The translations under genes were made by a program, and so were the position numbers. This document shows, in pieces, positions 13,701 through 28,000 of a stretch of 64,000 bases of DNA. The notes under the pieces were generated by a model. That model ran no database searches. It had not been told where the DNA came from and was given only the letters and a program-made list of their open reading frames with translations. This DNA is from Centroscyllium fabricii (lineage: Eukaryota), in contig JBNRSN020000031.1 of assembly GCA_051313645.2 (NCBI GenBank), forward strand, positions 6,696,001 through 6,760,000. The letters are read 5' to 3'. Every line of letters starts with the position of its first letter. Position 1 is the stretch's first letter.

Positions 13701-16700
13701 ACGTAATCACATGCTGAGTTATCATTGGCCCACAGGCATCTGTAAGGACTACTATTATATTCACGTAATCATATGCTGAGTTATCATTGGCCCATAGGCA
13801 TCTGCAAGGACTACCTATTATATTCACGTAATCAAATGCTGAATTATCATTGTCCCAGAGGCATCTGTAAGGACTACCTATTATAATCACGTAATCACAT
13901 GCTGAATTTTCATTGGCCCACATGAATCTGTAAGGACTACCTATTATATTCATGTAATCACATGCTGAGTTATCATTGGCCCACAGGCATCTGTAAGGAC
14001 TACCTGTTATATTCACGTAATCACATGCTGAGTTATCATTGGCCCACAGGCATTTGGAAGGACTACCTATTATATTCACGTATTCACATGCTGAGTTATC
14101 ATTGGCCCACAGGCATCTGTAAGGACTACCTTTTATATTCACGTAATCACATGCTGAATTATCATTGGCCAACAGGCATCTGTAAGGAATACCTATTATA
14201 TTGACGTAATCAGATGCTGAGTTATCATCGGCCAACAGTCATCTGTAAGGACAACTTATTGTATTCATGTAATCACATGCTGAGTTTTCATTGGCCCACA
14301 GTCATCTGTAAGGACTACCTATTATATTCACATAATCACATGCTGAGTTATCATTGGCCCACAGGCATCTGGAAGGACTACCTATAATATTCACGTAATC
14401 ACATGCTGATTTATCATTGGCCCACAGGCATCTGTAAGGACAACTATTGTTTTCACGTAATCAAATGCTGAGTTATCATTGGCCCACAGACATCTGTAAG
14501 GACTACCTATTATATTCAGGTAATCACATGCTGAATTATCATTGGCCCACAGGCATCTGTAAGGACTACATATTATATTCACGTAATCACATGCTGAGTT
14601 ATCATTGGCCCACAGGCATCTGTAAGGACTACCTGTTATATTCATGTAATCACATGCTGAGTTATCATTGGCCCACAGGCATTTGTAAGGACTACGTATT
14701 ATATTCACATATTCACATGCTGAGTTATCATTGGCCCACAGGCATCTGCAAGGACTACCTATTATATTCACGTAATCACATGCTGAGTTATCATTGGCCC
14801 ACAGGCATCTGTATGGCCTACCTATTATATTCACGTAATCACATGCTGAGATATCATTGGCCCACAGGCATCTGTAAGGACTATCTGTTATATACACGTA
14901 ATCACATGCTAAGTTATCATTGGCCCACAGGCATCTGTAAGGACTACCTATTATATTCACGTAATCACATGCTGAATTATCATTGGCCCACAGGCATCTG
15001 TAATGACTACCTATTATATTTACGTAATCACATGCTGAGTTATCATTGGCCCGCAGGCATCTGTAAGGACTACCAATTATATTCTCGTGATCACATGCTG
15101 AGTTATCATTGGCCCACAGGCATCTGTAAGGACTACTATTGTACTCAATTAACCAAATGCTGAGTTATCATTGGCCCACAGGCATCTGTAAGGACTACTA
15201 TTATATTCACGTAATCACATGCTGAGTTATCATTGGCCCGCAGGCATCTGTAAGGACCACCTATTATATTCACGTAATCACACGCTGAGTTATCATTGGC
15301 CCACAGGCATCTGTAAGGACTACTATTATATTCACGTATTCACAAGCTGAGTTATCATTGGCCCACTGGCATCTGTAAGGGCTACTATTGTATTCACGTA
15401 ATCAAACGCTGAGATATCATTGGCCCACAGGCATCTGTAAGGACTGCTATTGTATTCACGTAATCACATGCTGAGTTATCATTGGCCCGCAGGCATCTGT
15501 ATGGGCTACCTATTATATTCACGTAATCACATGCTGAGTTATCATTGGCACACAGGCATCTGTAAGGACTACTATTATATTCACGTAATCATATGCTGAG
15601 TTATCATTGGCCCATAGGCATCTGTAAGTACTACCTATTATATTCACGTAATCAAATGCTGAATTATCATTGTCCCAGAGGCATCTGTAAGGACTACCTA
15701 TTATAATCACGTAATCACATGCTGAATTATCATTGGCCCACAGGAATCTGTAAGGACTACCTATTATATTCATGTAATCACATGCTGAGTTATCATTGGC
15801 CCACAGGCATCTGTAAGGACTACCTGTTATATTCACGTAATCACATGCTGAGTTATCATTGGCCCACAGGCATTTGGAAGGACTACCTATTATATTCACG
15901 TATTCACATGCTGAGTTATCATTGGCCCACAGGCATCTGTAAGGACTACCTTTTATATTCACGTAATCACATGCTGAATTATCATTGGCCAACAGGCATC
16001 TGTAAGGAATACCTATTATATTCACGTAATCATATGCTGAGTTATCATCGGCCAACAGTCATCTGTAAGGACAACTTATTGTATTCAAGTAATCACATGC
16101 TGAGTTATCATTGGCCCACAGTCATCTGTAAGGACTACCTATTATATTCACATAATCACATGCTGAGTTATCATTGGCCCACAGGCATCTGGAAGGACTA
16201 CCTATAATATTCACGTAATCACATGCTGATTTATCATTGGACCAAATGCATCTGTAAGGACTAATATTGTATTCACGTAATCACATGTTGAGATATCATT
16301 GGCCCACAGGCATCTGTAAGGACTACCTATTATATTTACGTAATCACATGCTGAGTTATCATTGGCCCACATGCATCTGGAAGGCCTACCTATTATATTC
16401 ACGTAATCACATGCTGAATTATCATTGGACCAAAGGCATCTGTAAGGACTGCCTATTATATTCACGTAATCACATGTTGAGTTATCATTGGCCCGCAGGC
16501 ATCTGTAAGGACTACCTATTATATTCAGGTAATCACATGCTGAATTATCATTGCCCACAGGCATCTGTAAGGACTACCTATTATATTCACGTAACCACAT
16601 GCTAAGTTATCATTGCCCCACTGGCATCTGTATGGACTACCTATTATATTCACGTAATCACATGCTGAGTTATCATCGGCCCACAGGCATCTGTAAGGAC

Positions 16701-19700
16701 TACCTATTATATTCACGTAATCACATGCTGAGTTATCATTGGCCCACAGGCATCTGGAAGGACTACCTATAATATTCACGTATTCACATGCTGAGTTATC
16801 ATTGGCCCACAGGCATCTGTAAGGACTACTATTGTTTTCACGTAATCAAATGCTGAGTTATCATTGGCCCACAGGCATCTGTAAGGACTACCTATTATAT
16901 TCAGGTAATCACATGCTGAATTATCATTGGCCCACAGGCATCTGTAAGGACTACATATTATATTCACGTAATCACATGCTGAGTTATCATTGGCCCACAG
17001 GCATCTGTAAGGACTACCTGTTATATTCATGTAATCACATGCTGAGTTATCATTGGCCCACAGGCATTTGTAAGGACTACGTATTATATTCATGTATTCA
17101 CATGCTGAGTTATCATTGGCCCACAGGCATCTGTAAGGATTACCTATTATATTCACGTAATCACATGCTGAATTATCATTGGCCCACAGGCATCTGTAAT
17201 GACTACCTATTATATTTACGTAATAACATGCTGAGTTATCATTGGCCCGCAGGCATCTGTAAGGACTACCAATTATATTCACGTGATCACATGCTGAGTT
17301 ATCATTGGCCCACAGGCATCTGTAAGGACTACTATTGTACTCAATTAAACAAATGCTGAGTTATCATTGGCCCACTGGCATCTGTAAGGACTACTATTGT
17401 ATTCACGTAAACACATGCTGAGTTATCATTGGCCCGCAGGCATCTGTAAGGACTACCTATTATATTCACGTAATCACATGCTGAATTACCATTGCCCACA
17501 GGTATCTGTAAGGGTTACCTATTATATTCAGGTAATCACATGGTGAGTTATCATTGGCCCACAGGATTCTGTAAGGACTACCTATTATATTCACGTAATC
17601 ACATGCTGAATTATCATTGGCCCGCAGGCATCTGTAAGGACTACCAATTATATTCACGTGATCACATGCTGAGTTATCATTGGCCCACATGCATCTGTAA
17701 GGACAACTATTGTTTTCACGTAATCAAATGCTGAGTTATCATTGGCCCACAGACATCTGTAAGGACTACCTATTATATTCAGGTAATCACATGCTGAATT
17801 ATCATTGGCCCACAGGCATCTGTAAGGACTACATATTATATTCACGTAATCACATGCTGAGTTATCATTGGCCCACAGGCATCTGTAAGGACTACCTGTT
17901 ATATTCATGTAATCACATTCTGAGTTATCATTGGCCCACAGGCATTTGTAAGGACTACGTATTATATTCACATATTCACATGCTGAGTTATCATTGGCCC
18001 ACAGGCATCTGTAAGGACTACCTATTATATTCACGTAATCACATGCTGAGTTATCATTGGCCCACAGGCATCTGTATGGCCTACCTATTATATTCACGTA
18101 ATCACATGCTGAGATATCATTGGCCCACAGGCATCTGTAAGGACTATCTATTATATTCACGTAATTACATGCTAAGTTATCATTGGCCCACAGGCATCTG
18201 TAAGGACTACCTATTATATTCACGTAATCACATGCTGAATTATCATTGGCCCACAGGCATCTGTAATGACTACCTATTATATTTACGTAATCACATGCTG
18301 AGTTATCATTGGCCCGCAGGCATCTGTAAGGACTACCAATTATATTCTCGTGATCACATGCTGAGTTATCATTGGCCCACAGGCATCTGTAAGGACTACT
18401 ATTGTGCTCAATTAACCAAATGCTGAGTTATCATTGGCCCACAGGCATCTGTAAGGACTACTATTGTATTCACGTAATCACATGCTGAGTTATCAATGGC
18501 CCGCAGGCATCTGTAAGGACCACCTATTATATTCACGTAATCACACGCTGAGTTATCATTGGCCCACAGGCATCTGTAAGGACTACTATTATATTCACGT
18601 ATTCACAAGCTGAGTTATCATTGGCCCACTGGCATCTGTAAGGACTACTATTGTATTCACGTAATCAAACGCTGAGATATCATTGGCCCACAGGCATCTG
18701 TAAGGACTGCTATTGTATTCACGTAATCACATGCTGAGTTATCATTGGCCCGCAGGCATCTGTATGGGCTACCTATTATACTCACGTAATCACATGCTGA
18801 GTTATCATTGGCCCACAGGCATCTGTAAGGACTACAATTATATTCACGTAATCATATGCTGAGTTATCATTGGCCCATAGGCATCTGTAAGGACTACCTA
18901 TTATATTCACGTAATCAAATGCTGAATTATCATTGTCCCAGAGGCATCTGTAAGGACTACCTATTATAATCACGTAATCACATGCTGAATTATCATTGGC
19001 CCACAGGAATCTGTAAGGACTACCTATTATATTCATGTAATCACATGCTGAGTTATCATTGGCCCACAGGCATCTGTAAGGACTACCTGTTATATTCACG
19101 TAATCACATGCTGAGTTATCATTGGCCCACAGGCATTTGGAAGGACTACCTATTATATTCACGTATTCACATGCTGAGTTATCATTGGCCCACAGGCATC
19201 TGTAAGGACTACCTTTTATATTCACGTAATCACATGCTGAATTATCATTGGCCAACAGGCATCTGTAAGGAATACCTATTATATTCACGTAATCATATGC
19301 TGAGTTATCATCGGCCAACAGTCATCTGTAAGGACAACTTATTGTATTCAAGTAATCACATGCTGAGTTATCATTGGCCCACAGTCATCTGTAAGGGCTA
19401 CCTATTATATTCACATAATCACATGCTGAGTTATCATTGGCCCACAGGCATCTGTAAGGACTACCTATTATATTCACGTAATCACATGCTGAGTTATCAT
19501 TGGCCCACAGGTATCTGTAAGGACTACCTATTATATTCACGTAATCACATGCTGCGTTATCATTGTCCCACAGGCATCTGGAAGGACTACCAATTTTATT
19601 CACGTAATCACATGCTGAATTATCATTGGACCAAAGGCATCTGTAAGGACTACCTATTATATTCACGTAATCACATGTTGAGTTATCATTGGCCCACAGG

Positions 19701-22700
19701 CATCTGTAAGGACTACCTATTATATTCACGTAATCACATGTTGAGTTATCATTGGCCTACAGGCATCTGGAAGGTCTATCTATTATATTCACGTAATCAC
19801 ATGCTGAGTTATCATTGGCCACAGGCATCTGTAAGGACAACCTATTATATTCACGTAATCACATGCTGAGTTATCATTGGCCCACAGGCATCTGTAAGGA
19901 CTACCTATTATATTCACGTAATCAAATGCTGAGTTATCATTGGCCTGCAGGCATCTGTAAGAACTGCCTATTATATTCACGTAATCAGATGCTGAGTTAT
20001 CATTGGCCCACAGGCATCTGTAAGGACTACCTATTATATTCACGTAATCACATGCTGAGTTATCATTGGCCACAGGCATCTGTAAAGACTACCTATTATA
20101 TTCACGTAATCACATGCTGAGTTATCATTGGCCCACAGGCATCTGTAAGAACTACCTTTTATATTCACGTAATCACATGCTGAATTATCATTGGCCACAG
20201 GCATCTGAAAGGACTACCTATTATATTCACGTAATCACATTCTGATTTATCATTGGCCAACAGGCATCTGGAAGGACTACCTATTATATTCACGTAATCA
20301 CATGCTGAATTATCATTGGACCAAAGGCATCTGTAAGGACTACCTATTATATTCAGGTAATCACATGCTGAATTATCATTGCCCACAGGCATCTGTAAGG
20401 ACTACCTATTATATTCACGTAATCACATGCTGAGTTATCATTGCCCCACTGGCATCTGTATGGACTACCTATTATATTCACGTATTCACATGCTGAGTTA
20501 TCATTGGCCCACAGGCATCTGTAAGGACTACCTTTTATATTCACGTAATCACATGCTGAATTATCATTGGCCCACAGGCATCTGTAAGGACTACCTATTA
20601 TATTCACGTAATCATATGCTGAGTTATCATCGGCCAACAGTCATCTGTAAGGACAACATATTGTATTCAAGTAATCACATGCTGAGTTATCATTGGCCCA
20701 CAGGCATCTGTAAGGACTACCTATTATATTCACATAATCACATGCTGAGTTATCATTGGCCCACAGGCATCTGTAAGGACTACCTATTATATTCACGTAA
20801 TCTCATGCTGAGTTATCATTGGCCCACAGGTATCTGTAAGGACTACCTATTATATTCACGTAATCACATGCTGCGTTATCAATGTCCCACAGGCATCTGG
20901 AAGGACTACCAATTATATTCACGTAATCACATGCTGAATTATCATTGGACCAAAGGCATCTGTAAGGACTACCTGTTATATTCACGTAATCACATGTTGA
21001 GTTATCATTGGCCCACAGGCATCTGTAAGGACTACCTATTATATTCACGTAATCACATGTTGAGTTATCATTGGCCCACAGGCATCTGGAAGGACTATCT
21101 ATTATATTCACGTAATCACATGCTGAGTTATCATTGGCCACAGGTATCTGTAAGGACAACCTATTATATTCACGTAATCACATGCTGAGTTATCATTGGC
21201 CCACAGGCATCTGTAAGGACTACCTATTATATTCACGTAATCAAATGCTGAGTTATCATTGGCCTGCAGGCATCTGTAAGAACTGCCTATTATATTCACG
21301 TAATCAGATGCTGAGTTATCATTGGCCCACAGGCATCTGTAAGGACTACCTTTTATATTCACGTAATCACATGCTGAATTATCATTGGCCAACAGGCATC
21401 TGTAAGGACTACCTATTATATTCACGTAATCATATGCTGAGTTATCATCGGCCAACAGTCATCTGTAAGGACAACTTATTGTATTCAAGTAATCACATGC
21501 TGAGTTATCATTGGCCCACTGGCATCTGTATGGACTACCTATTATATTCACGTAATCACATTCTGAGTTATCATCGGCCCACAGGCATCTGGAAGGACTA
21601 TCTATAATATTCACGTAATCACATGCTGATTTATCATTGGACCAAAGGCATCTGTAAGGACTAATATTGTATTCACGTAATCACATGCTGAGTTATCATT
21701 GGCCCGCAGGCATCTGTAAGAACTACCAATTATATTCACGTGATCACATGCTGAGTTATCATTGGCCCACAGGCATCTGTAAGGACTAGTATTGTACTCA
21801 ATTAACCAAATGCTGAGTTATCATTGGCCCACATTCATCTGTAAGGACTACTATTGTATTCACGTAATCACATGCTGAGTTATCATTGGCCCGCAGGCAT
21901 CTGTAAGGACCACCTATTATATTCACGTAATCACACGCTGGGTTATCATTGGCCCACAGGCATCTTTAAGGACTACTATTATATTCACGTATTCACAAGC
22001 TGAGTTATCATTGGCCCACTGGCATCTGTAAGGACTACTATTATATTCACGTAATCAAACGCTGAGATATCATTGGCCCACAGGCATCTGTAAGGACTAC
22101 TATTGTATTCACGTAATCACATGCTGAGTTATAATTGGCCCGCAGGCATCTGTATGGGCTTCCTATTATATTCACGTAATCACATGCTGAGTTATCATTG
22201 GCCCACAGGCATCTGTAAGGACTACTATTATATTCACGTAATCATATGCTGAGTTATCATTGGCCCATAAGCATCTGTAAGGACTACCTATTATATTCAC
22301 GTAATCAAATGCTGAATTATCATTGTCCCAGAGGCATCTGTAAGGACTACCTATTATTATCACGTAATCACATGCTGAATTATCATTGGCCCACAGGAAT
22401 CTGTAAGGACTACCTATTATATTCATGTAATCACATGCTGAGTTATCATTGGCCCACAGGCATCTGTAAGGACTACCTGTTATATTCACGTAATCACATG
22501 CTGAGTTATCATTGGCCCACAGGCATTTGGAAGGACTACCTATTATATTCACGTATTCACATGCTGAGTTATCATTGGCCCACAGGCATCTGTAAGGACT
22601 ACCTTTTATATTCACGTAATCACATGCTGAATTATCATTGGCCAACAGGCATCTGTAAGGACTACCTATTATATTTACGTAATCATATGCTGAGTTATCA

Positions 22701-25041
22701 TTGGCCCACAGGCATCTGTAAGGACAACTTATTGTATTCAAGTAATCATATGCTGAGTTATCATTGGCCCACAGGCATCTGTAAGGACTACCTATTATAT
22801 TCACATAATCACATGCTGAGTTATCATTGGCCCACAGGCATCTGTAAGGACTACCTATTAATTTAACGTAATCACATGCTGAGTTATCATTGGCCCACAG
22901 GTATCTGTAAGGACTACCTATTATATTCACGTAATCACATGCTGCGTTATCATTGTCCCACAGGCATCTGGAAGGACTACCTATTATATTCACGTAATCA
23001 CATGCTGAATTATCATTGGACCAAAGGCATCTGTAAGGACTACCTATTATATTCAGGTAACCACATGCTGAATTATCATTGCCCACAGGCATCTGTAAGG
23101 ACTACCTATTATATTCACGTAATCACATGCTGAGTTATCATTGCCCCACTGGCATCTGTATGGACTACCTATTATATTCACGTAATCACATTCTGAGTTA
23201 TCATCGGCCCACAGGCATCTGGAAGGACTATCTATAATATTCACGTAATCACATGCTGATTTATCATTGGACCAAAGGCATCTGTAAGGACAAATATTGT
23301 ATTCACGTAATCACATGCTGAGATATAATTGGCCCACAGGCATTTGTAAGGACTACCTATTATATTCACGTAATCACATGCTGAATTATCATTGGACCAA
23401 AGGCATCTGTAAGGACTACCTATTATATTCACGTAATCACATGTTGAGTTATCATTGGCCACCATGCATCTGTAAGGAATACCTATTATATTCACGTAAT
23501 CACATGCTGAATTATCATTGCGCACAGGCATCTGTAAGGACTACCTATTATATTCACGTAATCACATGCTGAGTTATCATTGGCCCAATGGCATCTGTAA
23601 GGACTACTAATGTATTCACTTAACCACATGCTGAGTTATCATTGTCCGCAGGCATCTGTAAGGACTACCCATTATATTCACGTAATCACATGCTGTGTTA
23701 TCATTGGCCCATAGGCATCTGTAAGGACTACTATTGTATTCACGTAATCAAATGCTGAGTTATTATTGGCCTGCAGCCATCTGTAAGGACAACTAATATA
23801 TTCACGTAATCACATGCTGAGTTATCATTGGCCCACAGGCATCTGTAAGGACTTCCCATTGTATTAACTTAATCACATGCTGAGTTATCATTGGCCCACA
23901 GGCATCTGTAAGGTCTACTATTGTATACACGTAATCAAATGCTGAGTTATTATTGGCCTACAGGCATCTGTAAAGACTACTATTATATTCACTTAATCAC
24001 ATGCTGAGTTATCATTGGCCCACTGGCATCTGTAAGGACTACTATTGTATTCACGTAATCAAATGCTGTGTTATCATTGGCCCACATGCATCTGTAAGGA
24101 CTACTATTTTATTCACGTAATCACATGCTGAGTTATCATTGGCCCGCAGGCATCTGTAAGGACTACGTATTATATTCACGTATCCACATGCTGAATTATC
24201 ATTGGATGAAAGGCATCTGTAAGGACTGCCTATTATATTCACGTAATCACATGTTGAGTTATCATTGGCCCACAGGCATCTGTAAGGACTACCTATTATA
24301 TTCACGTAATCGCAAGCTGAATTATCATTGCCCACAGGCATCTGTAAGGACTACCTATTATATTCACGTAATCACATGCTGAGTTATCTTTGGCCCACTG
24401 GCATCTGTAAGGACTACTATTGTATTCACTTAACCACATGCTGAGTTATCATTGGCCGGAGGCATCTGTAAGGACTACCTATTATATTCACGTAATCACA
24501 TGCTGAGTTATCATTGGCCCACAGGCATCTGTATGGACTACCTATTATATTCACGTAATCACATGCTGAGTTATCATTGGGCCACAGGCATCTGTAAGGA
24601 CTACCTATTATATTCACGTAATCACATGCTGAGTTATCATTGGCCCACAGGCATCTGGAAGGACTATCTATTATATTCACGTAATCACATGCTGAGTTAT
24701 CATTGGCCACAGGCATCTGTAAGGTCAACCTATTATATTCACGTAATCACATGCTGAGTTATCATTGGCCCACAGGCATCTGTAAGGACTACCTATTATA
24801 TTCACGTAATCACATGCTGAGTTATCATTGGGCCACAGGCATCTGTAAGGACTACCTATTATATTCACGTAATCACATGCTGAGTTATCATTGGCCCACA
24901 GGCATCTGGAAGGACTATCTATTATATTCACGTAATCACATGCTGAGTTATCATTGGCCACAGGCATCTGTAAGGTCAACCTATTATATTCACGTAATCA
25001 CATGCTGAGTTATCATTGGCCCACAGGCATCTGTAAGGACT

Positions 25042-25053
25042 ACCTATTATATT
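25042..25053 (+). repeat. Left target-site duplication of LINE copy 1
   Basis: ACCTATTATATT occurs at 25042-25053 and again at 28157-28168, bracketing the element. Confidence 0.9.
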
Positions 25054-28000
25054 ATGTTTAAACTAATTCTGCCACCACCATATACGCAAAGGATCTATCT
25101 CAGCGAAAAACGTCTGACAAAGCGACCAACATCATGCCCGGAGACCGAAGCAGACGTCGGTGTCAAAAACTCGGGTCTTCTTCAAGACCGGCACTGACTG
25201 TTTTGTCTGCAAATATGGAAGGGCTGTCAGCAGCGAAACAAGATCTACTCGCTGCGATTTGCAAGGAAATGCAATGCGACGTCCTATGCCTACAAGAGAC
25301 ACATCGCGGCAGTGAAAACAATCGCCCTGCGATACCCAAAATGACTATGGCAATTGAAAGACCACATCGCCAATACGGAAGTGCCATCTTCATCAAAACG
25401 GACTCAGTCATAGAAGCTACAGCTAAAACGGAGGTAAACAACATCGAAATTCTAACGGTAGAGTTTAGCAGAGCCATGGTCACCTCTGTGTATAAACCTC
25501 CAAATGTAGAATTCACTTTCACAAATCCCCTACCAAACCCGCATAACAAGGCGCAGATTGTAATCGGAGACTTCAACAGTCACAACACCCAATGGGGGTA
25601 CACTGAAACTAATTCTGATGGAGAAGCAGTGGAGGAATGGATGGACGCCAACCAGCTTAGCCTCATCCACGACCCGAAACAGCTGAGTTCCTTCAACAGT
25701 GCTAGATGGAAGCGGGGATCCAACCCAGACCTTGTATTAACAAGCAATAACATCGCTGGCTCCAGTAAGAAACTTGTTTTGGATGTAATACCAAGAACGC
25801 AACACCGCCCCATTGGTGTCCAGATACAAGCTGCAGTGGTACCAACCACTGTCCCATTTAGAAGACGCTTCAATTTTAAAAAGGCAAACTGGGAAGAATT
25901 CACACAAGAACTGGATCATAAGGCCAGATACATCAAACCACTCCCAGAGAATTACTGCCTGTTCATCAAAGCAGTTCAGAAAACAGCTAGAAGGAAAATC
26001 CCCCGAGGATGCAGGATGAATTACATCCCTGGCCTAACCCCTGAGAATGCTGAACTTTATAATGACTACATCACCATGTTCGAATCTGATCCCTTCTCCG
26101 AAGAAACAATAACAACAGGAGAACAGCTGATGATCAGTATCTCCCAAGAGCGCCAAAACACCTGGAATACTCTGATAGAGACAACGGACATGTCAAAGAA
26201 CAGCAAGAAAGCATGGGCTCTCATTCACAAACTCGGAGGAAATCCGAAGACAACCAAAGAACACTGCAACACCACTGCTGAACAAGTTGCCCACCAACTG
26301 CTGCTGAATGGAAAAGGCCCTAAGAAACGACAACAAAAAGCCAAACTAGACCGAAAAACGTACCATGCAAACCCAGGCTTCACAAGACCTTTCACTATGA
26401 CTGAACTGGAAACAGGAATACATAGTTTGAAACCAGGGAAAGCAGTTGGTCTGGATAACATCGCAACAGAGCAGATCAAGTACTTTGGAGAACAAACAAA
26501 GGTATGGCTCCTCAACCTATTCAATAACTGTATGGCTACACATAAGCTTCCAAACATCTGGCTCAAGGCACATGTACTAGCACTCCTGAAACCAGGGAAG
26601 GACCCGTCTTATCCTAAAAGTTTCCGGCCAATCTCACTTCTATGTCACACATACAAGCTGTTTGAGCGCCTGATACTGAACAGGATTGCACCATCCATAG
26701 ACGAGAAGATCATCCCAGAGCAAACAGGGTTCCGTCCAGGCAAATCGACAACCAGCCAACTCGTCAACCTCACTCAACACATTGAGGATGGATTTGAGAG
26801 AGGACAGATTACCGGTGCTGTTTTCGTGGACTTGTCTGCTGCCTACGACACAGTCAACCACAGACGACTCCTATGTAAGATCCTGGAGATCACAAAAGAC
26901 ACCGACCTAACAGAGCTAATGGAAGCCATGCTCCAGAACCGCAGATTCTACGTCGAATTAGGCGGAAAACGTAGCAGATGGCGCAACCAGAAGAATGGCC
27001 TCCCACAAGGCAGCGTGCTTGCCCCACTTCAGTACAACATCTATACAAACGACCAACCCAGAGATGATGTCACCCGTCGTTTTGCATATGCAGATGACCT
27101 GTGCATCACCGCCCAAGGAACAGACTTCATTAGTATTGAGGAAACGCTCAACGACGCCCTCTCAGGATTAACAACCTACTATGAAGAGAGCCATCTACGT
27201 GCCAACCCAGCAAAAACACAAGTATGCGCTTTTCACCTGAGAAACAAGGAAGCTAAGCGCCAACTGAATGTGTCTTGGTGTGGAATACCACTGTCACACT
27301 CTGAGCACCATGTCTACCTCGGAGTCACACTCGACAGATGCCTTACATTCAAAACCCACATCATGAAGACAAAGGCAAAAGTGAGCACCCGCAACAACAT
27401 CCTGCGCAAACTCGCCAACACCAGATGGGGTGCATGTCCCAAGACACTACGTGCCACAGCCCTTGCCCTCAGCTTCTCTACTGCAGAATATGCCAGCCCA
27501 GCGTGGGAAAGATCCACCCATGCTAAAAAACTGGACCCCGCTCTTAACGAGAGCTGCAGATGTATCACTGGGTGCCTGAAGCCCACTAACACCAACGACC
27601 TGTACATCCTGGCAGGTATCGCCCCTCCAGACATCAGAAGAGCGGTAGCCAGCAGGACAGAGCGGCGCAGGCAAACCACAGATGAGAGGCACCCCCTACA
27701 TGGCCATGTACCTGCCCCCAGCCGACTAAAATCACGGAGAAGTTTCCTGACCAGCACTGCTCCACTGGAGACAACACCATCTGAAGCCCGCCTTAAAATG
27801 TGGAAGGAAAAGCTGTCCAAACACCCACACACCTCGACTATGCTCATCCCCCCTGCTGAAACCCTCCCACCAGGAGATAACAACTGGGCAAAATGGAAGT
27901 GCTTGAACCGACTCCGCTCAGGTGTTGGCCGTTCCAGGGAAGCCCTAAGCAGATGGGGTTATCTTAGTGGCCCAACCACATGTGACTGTGGCACAGAACC

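Larger units (their letters stand above)
1..25053. repeat. 63-bp tandem satellite array, block 1 (interrupted by the 172-bp insert at 1600-1771)
   Basis: Positions 1-63 give the monomer AGGCATCTGTAAGGACTACCTATTATATTCACGTAATCACATGCTGAGTTATCATTGGCCCAC. It repeats head-to-tail in one orientation with a few substitutions per unit and frequent 62-bp variants. Confidence 0.99.

Noticed and set aside
25163-27883. Antisense and alternate-frame ORFs inside the LINE (and their twins at 38142-40862)
   Set aside because: These are short shadow ORFs of the long RT frame with no recognisable motifs.
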